Positions 30,545-38,932 of a stretch of DNA of 64,000 nucleotides are shown here, in pieces; the stretch's first letter is position 1, and the number at the start of each line of letters is the position of its first letter. Made by a program: the position numbers and the translations under genes. The notes beneath the pieces were generated by a model that had not been told where the DNA came from, did no database searches, and saw only the letters and a list, made by a program, of their open reading frames with translations. The stretch lies in the sequence record SRR20825006_1933; one strand, written 5' to 3'.

Positions 30545-30853
30545 TCAGCTGCCGCTTTCCATGCGTTCCGCCAGAGACGTAATCCGGCTTGCTGCCTTGA
30601 CCAGGGCTTCGGCGGCCCTGGCTTCGCTGGTGGCGCTGCCGGGCGCTGAGCGGCGCGCTGAATCCAGTTCGTCCAGCAAGGCCAGCGCCGTGATCAGCAG
30701 AAGGCGCTCATCGCCAATATCACCCACCGCGCCTGCGATCTGGGTAACTCGCGCGTCGAGTTGTTTCGACAGGGCCTCGATACGGCTTTCCTGTCCGGGC
30801 GCGCAGGCAATGGAATAGGACCGGCCGCGCAACTGGATATCCGCTTTAGCCAT
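30545..30853 (-). CDS. zapA: Cell division protein ZapA
   Basis: GRSYSIACAPGQE and RLLLITALALLDEL motifs. Confidence 0.9.
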   Translation of the reverse strand: MAKADIQLRGRSYSIACAPGQESRIEALSKQLDARVTQIAGAVGDIGDERLLLITALALLDELDSARRSAPGSATSEARAAEALVKAASRITSLAERMESGS

Positions 30854-31127
30854 CCTGCTGCCCTTCCCGGCCGATCGCCGCGCGGACTTCTTCAATGGCT
30901 GAGCCAAGTGCTTCGCTCGCCTCGTCGGCAAGCGCCTGCAATTGCTGCTCACGCGCCAGCGACGCATCAAGCTGCTGGGCAAGGTCAGAACGGTCAGAAA
31001 CGAGAGCGGCAAGCTCAGCTTTGATCACGTCCGGATTGCCGGCGCGGGCCATCAGACTGTCGAGCGCGCCTTCCAGTCGTGACAACGCCTCGTCGAGCTG
31101 GCGGATGGCAGGATCGATTTCACTCAT
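30846..31127 (-). CDS. DUF4164 coiled-coil protein (ZauP-like ZapA partner)
   Basis: Coiled coil with DRSDLAQQLD and AIEEVRAAI; overlaps the zapA start and is divergent from tkt. Confidence 0.75.
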   Translation of the reverse strand: MSEIDPAIRQLDEALSRLEGALDSLMARAGNPDVIKAELAALVSDRSDLAQQLDASLAREQQLQALADEASEALGSAIEEVRAAIGREGQQDG

Positions 31128-31228
31128 ATACACAATGAAGTAACGGTATTATCCCAATCCGCCAAGCGACTTGACGCAACGGCCTTAGTCTGGCCTACGA
31201 CTTCCGCAAACCAAAGGAGACCAGCAGA

Positions 31229-33205
31229 ATGGCTGTCACGAACCGCGACATGGCTAATGCCGTCCGCGCCCTATCCATGGACGCCGTCGAGGCGGCCAAA
31301 TCAGGTCATGTTGGCCTGCCGCTCGGCATGGCAGATGCTGCAACCGTACTGTTCCGGAAATTCCTGAAATTTGACCCTACCCAGCCTGACTGGCCGGACC
31401 GAGACCGGTTCATTCTGTCGGCGGGCCACGGCTCGATGTTGATCTATTCGCTGTTGCACCTCACTGGGTACAAATCTGTCAGCCGGGACGACATCCGCAA
31501 TTTCCGTCAGCTGGGCGCCAACACCCCGGGCCACCCGGAAAACTTTGTCACCAAAGGCGTCGAAACGACCACAGGCCCACTTGGCCAGGGCATTGCAACC
31601 GCAGTCGGTATGGCCATGGCTGAGCGTCACCTGAATGCGCGTTTCGGCGACGATCTTGTGGACCACAAAACTTATGTGATCGTCGGCGATGGCTGCCTCA
31701 TGGAAGGCGTCAGTCAAGAAGCGATCACGTTGGCTGGCCACATGAAGCTCGACCGTCTGATCGTACTCTGGGACGACAATTCGGTCACCATTGACGGCGA
31801 TATCGATGTCGCTGACTCCACCGATCAATGCGCACGGCTCGAAGCTTCGGGCTGGATCACTCGCAAAGTGGACGGCCATGACGAAAAAGACGTCGAGGCC
31901 GCATTGAAATGGGCACAGAAACAGAAACAGCCTGTCTTCCTCGCCATCAAGACCATTATCGGATATGGCGCGCCAAAGATCGCCGGCACCGGCAAGGCGC
32001 ATGGCGGCCCCTATGGACCGGAAGAAATCGCGGGCATTCGAAAGAATATCGACTGGCCGCATGAGCCGTTCGAAGTACCGGCAGCTATCGAGAAAGCCTG
32101 GAAGAAAGTTGGCGAGCGCGGCGTCGAGGCTCGCAAGGCCTGGAAAGAGCGTCAGATGGCCTCCCCGTACAAGGGTGAGTTCAATGCGGCCATGGCCGGA
32201 CGCCTACCAAAGAATCTCTCCAAGGCGATCATCAAACACAAGAAGGCTGTGGTTGAAGGCGGCGAGAAGAAAGCCACCCGCCAATGGAGCGGTGCGGCAC
32301 TGGAAGTCATCACCAATCTCGTGCCCGAAACGGTTGGGGGCTCAGCTGACCTGACGGGGTCCAACAATACTCGGACCTCTTCAACCACGGCAATGACACC
32401 GTCTGATTGGGCCGGTCGTTATGTCCATTATGGTGTTCGCGAACATGGCATGGCTGCGGCGATGAACGGTATGGCGTTGCATGGCGGCATCATCCCCTAC
32501 TCCGGCACATTCCTGGTCTTTGCGGACTATAGCCGCGCCGCGATCCGCCTCGGCGCCCTGATGGGCGCACGCGTGGTGCATGTCATGACCCATGATTCCA
32601 TTGGTCTTGGCGAAGACGGCCCAACCCACCAGCCGGTTGAGCAAGTCGCCTCGCTACGTGCCATGCCGAATATGCGAGTCTTTCGTCCTGCAGATGGCGT
32701 TGAAACAGCCGAGTGTTGGGAAGTAGCGCTCAACAATGCCGAAGGCCCCGCCACAATGGCACTGACCCGGCAAGGCCTGGCCCTGTCACGTAAGGAGCAC
32801 ACGGACGAAAATCTCAGCGCGCTCGGCGGATATGTGATCTCGCCGTCAGGTGTAAAGTCGCGCGAAGCTGCCGTGCTGATCGCGACCGGTTCGGAAGTGG
32901 AAATTGCCCTTCAGGCCCAAGCCGACCTTGCCAAAGAGAAGATCCATGTCCGTGTTGTGTCGATGCCATGCATGGAATTGTTTGCCGAGCAGGACGAGAA
33001 ACACCAGCGCGACACACTCGGCGGTGACCTGCCAAAAGTGGCTGTCGAAGCTGGCGTGCGCTTTGGCTGGGATCGCTGGCTCGGACCAAAAGGTGCCTTT
33101 GTCGGCATGGACAGTTTCGGGGCAAGCGCGCCTTACCAGAAACTGTATGAGCATTTCGGCATCACCGCAGACAAGGTGGCCGAGACAGTAAAGAATTTGA
33201 TCTAA
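31229..33205 (+). CDS. tkt: Transketolase
   Basis: SAGHGSM, TTGPLGQG, GDGCLMEG, YGVREH and GEDGPTHQP motifs. Confidence 0.98.
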   Translation: MAVTNRDMANAVRALSMDAVEAAKSGHVGLPLGMADAATVLFRKFLKFDPTQPDWPDRDRFILSAGHGSMLIYSLLHLTGYKSVSRDDIRNFRQLGANTPGHPENFVTKGVETTTGPLGQGIATAVGMAMAERHLNARFGDDLVDHKTYVIVGDGCLMEGVSQEAITLAGHMKLDRLIVLWDDNSVTIDGDIDVADSTDQCARLEASGWITRKVDGHDEKDVEAALKWAQKQKQPVFLAIKTIIGYGAPKIAGTGKAHGGPYGPEEIAGIRKNIDWPHEPFEVPAAIEKAWKKVGERGVEARKAWKERQMASPYKGEFNAAMAGRLPKNLSKAIIKHKKAVVEGGEKKATRQWSGAALEVITNLVPETVGGSADLTGSNNTRTSSTTAMTPSDWAGRYVHYGVREHGMAAAMNGMALHGGIIPYSGTFLVFADYSRAAIRLGALMGARVVHVMTHDSIGLGEDGPTHQPVEQVASLRAMPNMRVFRPADGVETAECWEVALNNAEGPATMALTRQGLALSRKEHTDENLSALGGYVISPSGVKSREAAVLIATGSEVEIALQAQADLAKEKIHVRVVSMPCMELFAEQDEKHQRDTLGGDLPKVAVEAGVRFGWDRWLGPKGAFVGMDSFGASAPYQKLYEHFGITADKVAETVKNLI

Positions 33206-33639
33206 CTGGTCTTGAACAGGTCCATCTGGCGAGGATCAATGTAGCGTTTACGGCGTGGTTTGGTCCGGCCAGACCGGAAATAGAGATCATCGGTATGGTC
33301 TTCCACCGGCGGCTGTTCAGCCGCCGGTTTTTTCTTGGACGCCTTCGGCAAGGGCATGATCCCCGCCTGATCGACCAGCTTCCACCAAGTCACAGCCAGA
33401 ACAGGGTTGCCCTCGTTGTCTTCGTATTTCTGGAGATGCCCATGAGGGCCACTTTCACCTGCATGCGATGCTAAGTAGGCCTCGGCCTCTTCTTCGGTGA
33501 CATCTATCCAATCGGTCGCGAGCGAGTCGATCTCGTGCTCTGGCACCAAGGCTTCGGCCTCTGCGCGTGTACGCGCCACCTTCACGCCCGGCTTCAGGGC
33601 GTCTTCTATACGTGTCGCAATGGGAAAGGCATGACTCAT
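33202..33639 (-). CDS. Hypothetical protein with a C-terminal beta-clamp-binding-like motif
   Basis: Starts 5 bp after the mmcB stop and ends ...DPRQMDLFKTS*. Confidence 0.75.
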   Translation of the reverse strand: MSHAFPIATRIEDALKPGVKVARTRAEAEALVPEHEIDSLATDWIDVTEEEAEAYLASHAGESGPHGHLQKYEDNEGNPVLAVTWWKLVDQAGIMPLPKASKKKPAAEQPPVEDHTDDLYFRSGRTKPRRKRYIDPRQMDLFKTS

Positions 33640-33644
33640 GAGGG

Positions 33645-34118
33645 TCAGGTAAGCAAGCCCGGTGCCGCCGTCCAGCCAGTATCTGCCGCCTGGGTCAATC
33701 GCATGGCCGCCAGACGCGCCAGTCGCAGGGTGACGGCCCTGCGCCGAGCCGCCGACAATCTGTCTTCGGGCGCCTCCCGGACTACCGCACCGCCAAATGC
33801 GTCGGCCACGATCAGGCCGGTTTCATCCGGGATCAGATCCTGTGGGAAATCGTTGGCGACCGCGAAGTAAAGCTGGTCGCAATAGGGCATATATTCCGGC
33901 CATTTCGAATCCGAGCGGAAATCGGCAATCGAGGATTTCACCTCCACGATCCATATCTCGCCGGACAGGCCAATCGCCGCTATGTCCACCCGGCGATTGT
34001 TGGCAAGGCTCATTTCCGTCACGCCAAAAAATCCCAGCCCGCTGAGCAGACGCCGGGTCCCCCGGACGATTTCGCCCGCCCGCGTGTCCGGGGCACCGAA
34101 ATCTGCAAGCTCCGTCAT
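33645..34118 (-). CDS. mmcB: MmcB-family DNA repair protein (PD-(D/E)xK nuclease fold)
   Basis: E..L...RRVD, IVEVKSSIADFRSDSKWPEY..YCDQLYFA and GLIVADAFG motifs. Confidence 0.9.
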   Translation of the reverse strand: MTELADFGAPDTRAGEIVRGTRRLLSGLGFFGVTEMSLANNRRVDIAAIGLSGEIWIVEVKSSIADFRSDSKWPEYMPYCDQLYFAVANDFPQDLIPDETGLIVADAFGGAVVREAPEDRLSAARRRAVTLRLARLAAMRLTQAADTGWTAAPGLLT

Positions 34119-34133
34119 GAGTCCTTCAATTTT

Positions 34134-34148
34134 GTTCGCCCAATGTTC
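34134..34148. promoter_or_regulatory. Alphaproteobacterial LexA (SOS) box
   Basis: GTTC-gcccaat-GTTC (GAAC-N7-GAAC on the minus strand), 15 nt upstream of the mmcB ATG. Confidence 0.85.
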
Positions 34149-34241
34149 CCGAGAACGTAAGGGCGATCCCACCTACAGGTCAAGCCCGCGCTGCGTCGGC
34201 GATCGCGCTCTCCATAAAGTGATTAAAATCGGGAACGAATC

Positions 34242-34267
34242 TGATCCAGCGCGCGCTCTTGCCCGTA
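34242..34267 (+). promoter_or_regulatory. RpoE(ChrR)-type ECF promoter upstream of rpoH2
   Basis: TGATCC-N16-CGTA. Confidence 0.6.
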
Positions 34268-34319
34268 GAGACTGTGTTAGTTTGGCAACAAGCCCCCTCG
34301 CAGAAGGAGATGACCCGTC

Positions 34320-35207
34320 ATGGCAAGCGCTTATAGTTCCAATGGCCCGGCGGATCGATCATACGTCAAGAAGGCCATGAAGGCCCCCATGCTGGAAGCC
34401 GAGCACGAACTGGAACTGGCCCGGCGCTGGCGCGAGGAAGAAGATGAACGCGCACTTCATGAGTTAACTCGCGCCTATCTCCGCCTTGTCATCGCAATGG
34501 CCTCGAAGTTCCGAAACTACGGCCTTCCCATGCCGGACCTGGTCTCAGAAGGGAATGTCGGCCTGATGATGGCCGCGGCCCGCTTTGAGCCCGACCGCAA
34601 GGTGCGCTTCTCAACCTATGCAAGCTGGTGGATTCGTTCTTCCATTCAGGATTTTGTGCTTCGCAACTGGTCTATCGTACGAACAGGCACGACCTCTTCA
34701 CAGAAATCTCTCTTCTTCAACTTGCGTCGCCTGCGCGCCCGAATCGACGATACTGGCGACGGTGTAATGACCAAGGAAAACCGAACCTGGATCGCCGAAC
34801 ATCTCGGCGTACCGGAACGGGATGTTGAGAACATGGCGTCACGCTTATCTGCGTCTGACCGATCCCTGAACGCACCCATGGCCGTTGATGGCGACGGTGA
34901 ATGGCAAGACTTGCTGCCTGATGCCGCGCCGATTCCGGAACAACAGGTCATGGAATCGCGCGACTCGACACGCCGCAAGGAGTGGATCGCCAATGCCCTG
35001 AAAGCGCTTAACCCGCGTGAGACGCATATCATCATGCAGCGACGCCTGTGCGAAGACTCTGTCACGCTTGAAACGCTGGGCCACGAACTTGGAATTTCCA
35101 AGGAACGTGTACGGCAGATCGAACATCAGGCACTCGGCAAACTGCGTCGCGCGCTCGAACGTATTGTGGGAGACCCGGACGAATCGGGCCTGCTGCCCGG
35201 CACCTAA
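34320..35207 (+). CDS. rpoH2: RNA polymerase sigma-32 factor, RpoH2-type
   Basis: DLVSEGNVGL, RFSTYASWW, RpoH box QKSLFFNLR and ISKERVRQIE motifs. Confidence 0.88.
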   Translation: MASAYSSNGPADRSYVKKAMKAPMLEAEHELELARRWREEEDERALHELTRAYLRLVIAMASKFRNYGLPMPDLVSEGNVGLMMAAARFEPDRKVRFSTYASWWIRSSIQDFVLRNWSIVRTGTTSSQKSLFFNLRRLRARIDDTGDGVMTKENRTWIAEHLGVPERDVENMASRLSASDRSLNAPMAVDGDGEWQDLLPDAAPIPEQQVMESRDSTRRKEWIANALKALNPRETHIIMQRRLCEDSVTLETLGHELGISKERVRQIEHQALGKLRRALERIVGDPDESGLLPGT

Positions 35208-35971
35208 TTGGTTGGAGTTTCAACCAATTCAAAATTGAGCGGGTGGGAAATTTCCATCTCGTCCCCCCGCACATAACCGCGCGCCAATACACCCAGCCCC
35301 GGCGCTTCTTGGCACAAGGATGCTGCAGCCGACTGGATCTGTAACCGGAGTGCTGAGTTTTGCAGCGACAAGTCACAGACTGCGCCAAACCCCTCAGCTC
35401 CCCGCATACCGGATACATGTCCGCGCACGAGCTGGAAGCCTTCAAAAGCCTTCGGTAAATCGCTGGCATAGGGAATGCGGTATTCCGTGGCACGCCACAG
35501 GCCAATCTCACCGCGACGCGCATCACCCTCGAACTTCAGCAAGGGCGCATTGGCCGCCGCAGTGTCCGGGTAAACACGCACGCGGGCCCCGCCCCTCTTC
35601 ACCATCTCGGCATTAAGCCAAAGCGTCGGCCCAAGCGCGTCAACAGTCTGGGCATGGGCCAGTGCCCGGTCGTACCGGTCACGCGTCAAGCCACCATAGT
35701 GGAGCTGGACTTCCCGGCCGAGCACCATGTCTTCCATCATGCGCTTGGACTCGGTATGATAAGGTTGTGGTGCGCGATCCCGGTAACCTCCCGAAGGCGC
35801 CTCAATCCCGACAAGCCGGACGCTTTGCCCGGTATCGAGAACGATCGTGTCGCCATCAACAACGCGTACGACCCGACCGCGCTCTCCCGGCTCCAGACTG
35901 TCCAGCGGACCCGGCGCACCGCACGCAACAAGGGTCATGAAGACCACCAACCCCACCTTCAATCGCGCCAT
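35204..35971 (-). CDS. Thermonuclease (SNase) family lipoprotein with a C-terminal extension
   Basis: Lipobox LVAC, VVDGDT, VRLVGIEAP, DRYDRALA and GEIGLW motifs. Confidence 0.85.
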   Translation of the reverse strand: MARLKVGLVVFMTLVACGAPGPLDSLEPGERGRVVRVVDGDTIVLDTGQSVRLVGIEAPSGGYRDRAPQPYHTESKRMMEDMVLGREVQLHYGGLTRDRYDRALAHAQTVDALGPTLWLNAEMVKRGGARVRVYPDTAAANAPLLKFEGDARRGEIGLWRATEYRIPYASDLPKAFEGFQLVRGHVSGMRGAEGFGAVCDLSLQNSALRLQIQSAAASLCQEAPGLGVLARGYVRGDEMEISHPLNFELVETPTN

Positions 35972-36064
35972 ACCACTCGCCCATCCTCAGCGTCGCAGCG
36001 TAGAGCCGCCAATTGGCGACTTCAATCCTTCCGACTATTCCCGTATAGCCAACCCTACTCAAGC

Positions 36065-36141
36065 GGTCCCGTAGCTCAGCAGGATAGAGCAACAGATTCC
36101 TAATCTGTAGGTCGCGCGTTCGAATCGCGCCGGGATCGCCA
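36065..36141 (+). tRNA. tRNA-Arg (anticodon CCT)
   Basis: GGTCCCG acceptor stem, TAGCTCAG D-arm, ACAGA-TTCCTAA-TCTGT anticodon arm, GTTCGAATC T-loop and an encoded CCA. Confidence 0.97.
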
Positions 36142-36409
36142 GACGCAGTTCCGCATGTGAGCGGAAACATCGTCAATCACCATCTCAGTGGATTATAGAG
36201 CCCACCGAAACATTGGCGGCGTGCGTTCAACTGGCGAAGCACCCGACTTCTGCTGCGAACTCAACACAACGCCCGGAAATTGGCGGTTAATCTGGTGTAT
36301 CGTTCGTGCCAAGCCGTGAATTAAAAAGCCCACATTTAACGATATTTGAAGATCGCCTACCCAAGGTAAATCTCGACGTTAAATGAGTTGCCGATGGGGA
36401 CGGGTTCAG

Positions 36410-37483
36410 ATGAGCGAATCCAAGACGCCAGTATTTGTATGTCCTGAGGACCAGCAAGCCTTTGCCAAGGTGTATGAGCATGCTGATACTGCCAGCCAGT
36501 TGATCGCAGAACATGGCACGCCGCCATTCCCCAATACATTCGCACTGATGTACGCTTATGCAGCAAAGTCCGACAACAAGGTCGTGGTCGCGGTCGACGA
36601 AATGCTGGAGCGGGGCGCGCTCTGCCAATATGAAATAGATGAAGTCTACAACCTTCATTTGCGCCCGACCGACGATCACGCCAAGCGCGAGAACATCGGA
36701 CGTGAAGTCGAACAGCAACTCTCCAGCATCCTGGACCTTGTGGGTACCAGTATGGAGAACAGCGACCAGTTCGAAGTGGCGTTGACGCAAATTGAACGCG
36801 ACCTGTCTGATTCCAGCTCGTCAGCTGCCCTCTCCTCCGCAGTTGCGCGCCTGATGTCGGAAAGTCGTCGGATGACCGATCAGAGTCGACGCCTTAGCGA
36901 TGGCCTGATGGCCTCCATGAAGCAGATCGAACGCCTGCAACATGAACTCGAGGCGGTTCGCAATGAGAGCATGCGTGATCCGCTCACCTCCATCTACAAT
37001 CGACGCGCCTTCGACCTACGCGTTGCCGCTGAAGTTGAGGCGGCAAACAAACAGGGTTCGAGCCTCTGTCTCGTAATGGCAGATCTAGATCATTTCAAAC
37101 GCGTGAACGACAATTTCGGTCACAGGGTGGGCGACGAGATCCTGAAGATTTTTGCGTCAATCGTCACCAATAACATCAAGGGCAAGGATCTCGTAGCGCG
37201 CTATGGGGGCGAGGAGTTCGCAATTATCCTACCTGCAACAGGCCTGCAACAGGCCACGCAGTTAATTGATCGCATCCGTGAACAGATGTCTCAACGAAAG
37301 CTCGTCCTGAAGGGAACCAAGACGCCCATCGGCGCTATCACGGCCTCGTTCGGTATTGCCCAGCACCAGCCAGGTCTCGCAGTCAGCAGTCTGATCGAAC
37401 AGGCTGACCAGCGATTGTACCTGGCCAAGAGCAATGGCCGAAATCGTGTGCAGTCAGACGATCTGGCCTCCAACGCAGCTTGA
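36410..37483 (+). CDS. Soluble diguanylate cyclase (GGEEF), DgcB/VdcA-like architecture
   Basis: DPLT..YNRR, DLDHFK.VND.FGH..GD and RYGGEEF; N-terminal helical/coiled-coil region with no TM. Confidence 0.92.
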   Translation: MSESKTPVFVCPEDQQAFAKVYEHADTASQLIAEHGTPPFPNTFALMYAYAAKSDNKVVVAVDEMLERGALCQYEIDEVYNLHLRPTDDHAKRENIGREVEQQLSSILDLVGTSMENSDQFEVALTQIERDLSDSSSSAALSSAVARLMSESRRMTDQSRRLSDGLMASMKQIERLQHELEAVRNESMRDPLTSIYNRRAFDLRVAAEVEAANKQGSSLCLVMADLDHFKRVNDNFGHRVGDEILKIFASIVTNNIKGKDLVARYGGEEFAIILPATGLQQATQLIDRIREQMSQRKLVLKGTKTPIGAITASFGIAQHQPGLAVSSLIEQADQRLYLAKSNGRNRVQSDDLASNAA

Positions 37484-37506
37484 TCCTCAAGCCCGCACGT
37501 TTGACA

Positions 37507-37842
37507 TCATGATCCCGCACGCATCTGAATAAGCTGGTCTTCGGAATTTAGGATCCGCTTGAGCTCCTCTCGCGCAGCGTTGAACCTTTGCTGCGCGTCC
37601 GCAATCTCCGACCGCTTGCGATCCATATCATGCAGAACCCTCCTGGAATGACCGTATTGGCTTGAAAGCATCATCGCACGCACATCTCCGCCCGCCCGGT
37701 CAGCACTGGCGAACTCCTCCTGCAATGCATCCAGTTGCTTCCCAAGATCGCGCAGCTCGGCTTGCACAATAGCAAGGGATTGCTCCGCTTTCTGGCGCTT
37801 TAGCGCGACGAGCTTCAGCAATTTCGGGCGAGAATCTCTCAT
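37507..37842 (-). CDS. Coiled-coil protein, possibly FliJ-like
   Basis: 111-aa helical hairpin, translationally coupled to flhB. Confidence 0.55.
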   Translation of the reverse strand: MRDSRPKLLKLVALKRQKAEQSLAIVQAELRDLGKQLDALQEEFASADRAGGDVRAMMLSSQYGHSRRVLHDMDRKRSEIADAQQRFNAAREELKRILNSEDQLIQMRAGS

Positions 37843-38924
37843 TAGCTGCCCCCGGTCTGCTTACGAATGCGGTCGACGAAACTGATTGCAGCCGCCACGG
37901 CAGCGAAATGGTCAGGATGGATTTCCTCATCAATATCCACCAACCGGTAGATGGACCGAGTCGACGGTGGATCCCGGTAGATTGGGATATCATTGGCCGC
38001 GGCAGTTTCGCGGATCTTGGCGGCCAGATGGTCTACACCCTTGGCGACACAAACGGGCGCGCGGCCGCCCTCCGGATCCCATTTCAAGGCCACGGCATAG
38101 TGTTCCGGGTTGACCATGACGACGGTCGCTGTTTTGACGTTCTGCATCATCTGGTTCCGGCTCATGCTGGACGCCTTTTCGCGCCGCTTCTGCTTGAGCT
38201 GAGGGTCGCCTTCGCTTTGCTTCTGCTCCTTCTTGATGTCCTCTCGGCTCATCTTGAGCTTGTTGGAATGCAACTGACGCTGCAGCGGCAGATCAATCGC
38301 GGCGAGTACGAACTGAAACACGCCGAAGATAAGGAAGAGCGTTAGCACCTGTCCGAAGGTGAAATTGAAGAAATCGCTGAGTTCTACTGCGCTACTCGCA
38401 TAGTAGTGCTGTGCAAACCCGTACAGGAACACAGCTGCAAGCCCGCCAGCGAAGAACATTTTCGCCATATCTTTCAGGAAATCCAGCAGGCCCTTTGTCC
38501 CGTATTTCTTTTTCAGGTTTTCGGTTGGCGAAATCTTGTTGAACTCGGGTTTGATCTTCTTCGCCGAGAAGGCAATCGACTGCTGGATAACCAGCGTGGC
38601 AAGCACGAGAGCCGCCATGATCGCAAACAATGGAATCACCTTGACCAATGTGCGCGCGAGCCAAGCTTTTGTTGCCCCACCCCCGTCGTTGAAAACGTCC
38701 GCCGCATAGCTGTCGGCGTGATACATCAAGGAAGAAAACTCGCTGAACATGGCCCCCGCCACAATGGCGCTGAACATGATGGCAGCTATGATGATGCCAG
38801 CGAATAGCGCAAACGTATTGGCTTCCTTGGACTGGGCGACATTCCCTTCGCGACGCGCTTCACGTCGTTTCTGTTCGGTAGCCTCGAACTCCTTTTCGCC
38901 ACCACCTGATTGATCCTCGGCCAT
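37842..38924 (-). CDS. flhB: Flagellar export protein FlhB
   Basis: EK..EATEQK, KMSREDIKKE.KQSEGDP, NPEH and VAKGVD motifs. Confidence 0.95.
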   Translation of the reverse strand: MAEDQSGGGEKEFEATEQKRREARREGNVAQSKEANTFALFAGIIIAAIMFSAIVAGAMFSEFSSLMYHADSYAADVFNDGGGATKAWLARTLVKVIPLFAIMAALVLATLVIQQSIAFSAKKIKPEFNKISPTENLKKKYGTKGLLDFLKDMAKMFFAGGLAAVFLYGFAQHYYASSAVELSDFFNFTFGQVLTLFLIFGVFQFVLAAIDLPLQRQLHSNKLKMSREDIKKEQKQSEGDPQLKQKRREKASSMSRNQMMQNVKTATVVMVNPEHYAVALKWDPEGGRAPVCVAKGVDHLAAKIRETAAANDIPIYRDPPSTRSIYRLVDIDEEIHPDHFAAVAAAISFVDRIRKQTGGS

Positions 38925-38932
38925 TGCCTACC

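Noticed and set aside
31229-33205. tkt separated from gap-pgk-fba as a notable rearrangement
   Set aside because: Such splits are not rare, and no breakpoint signature is visible.
36321-36385. CtrA or sigma28 motifs upstream of the diguanylate cyclase
   Set aside because: The TTAA half-sites are 11 nt apart, and the TAAA..GCCGAT spacing does not fit sigma28.
36142-36409. Integrative element or attR downstream of tRNA-Arg
   Set aside because: No integrase and no repeat of the tRNA 3' end was seen; only a small hairpin at about 36142-36174.
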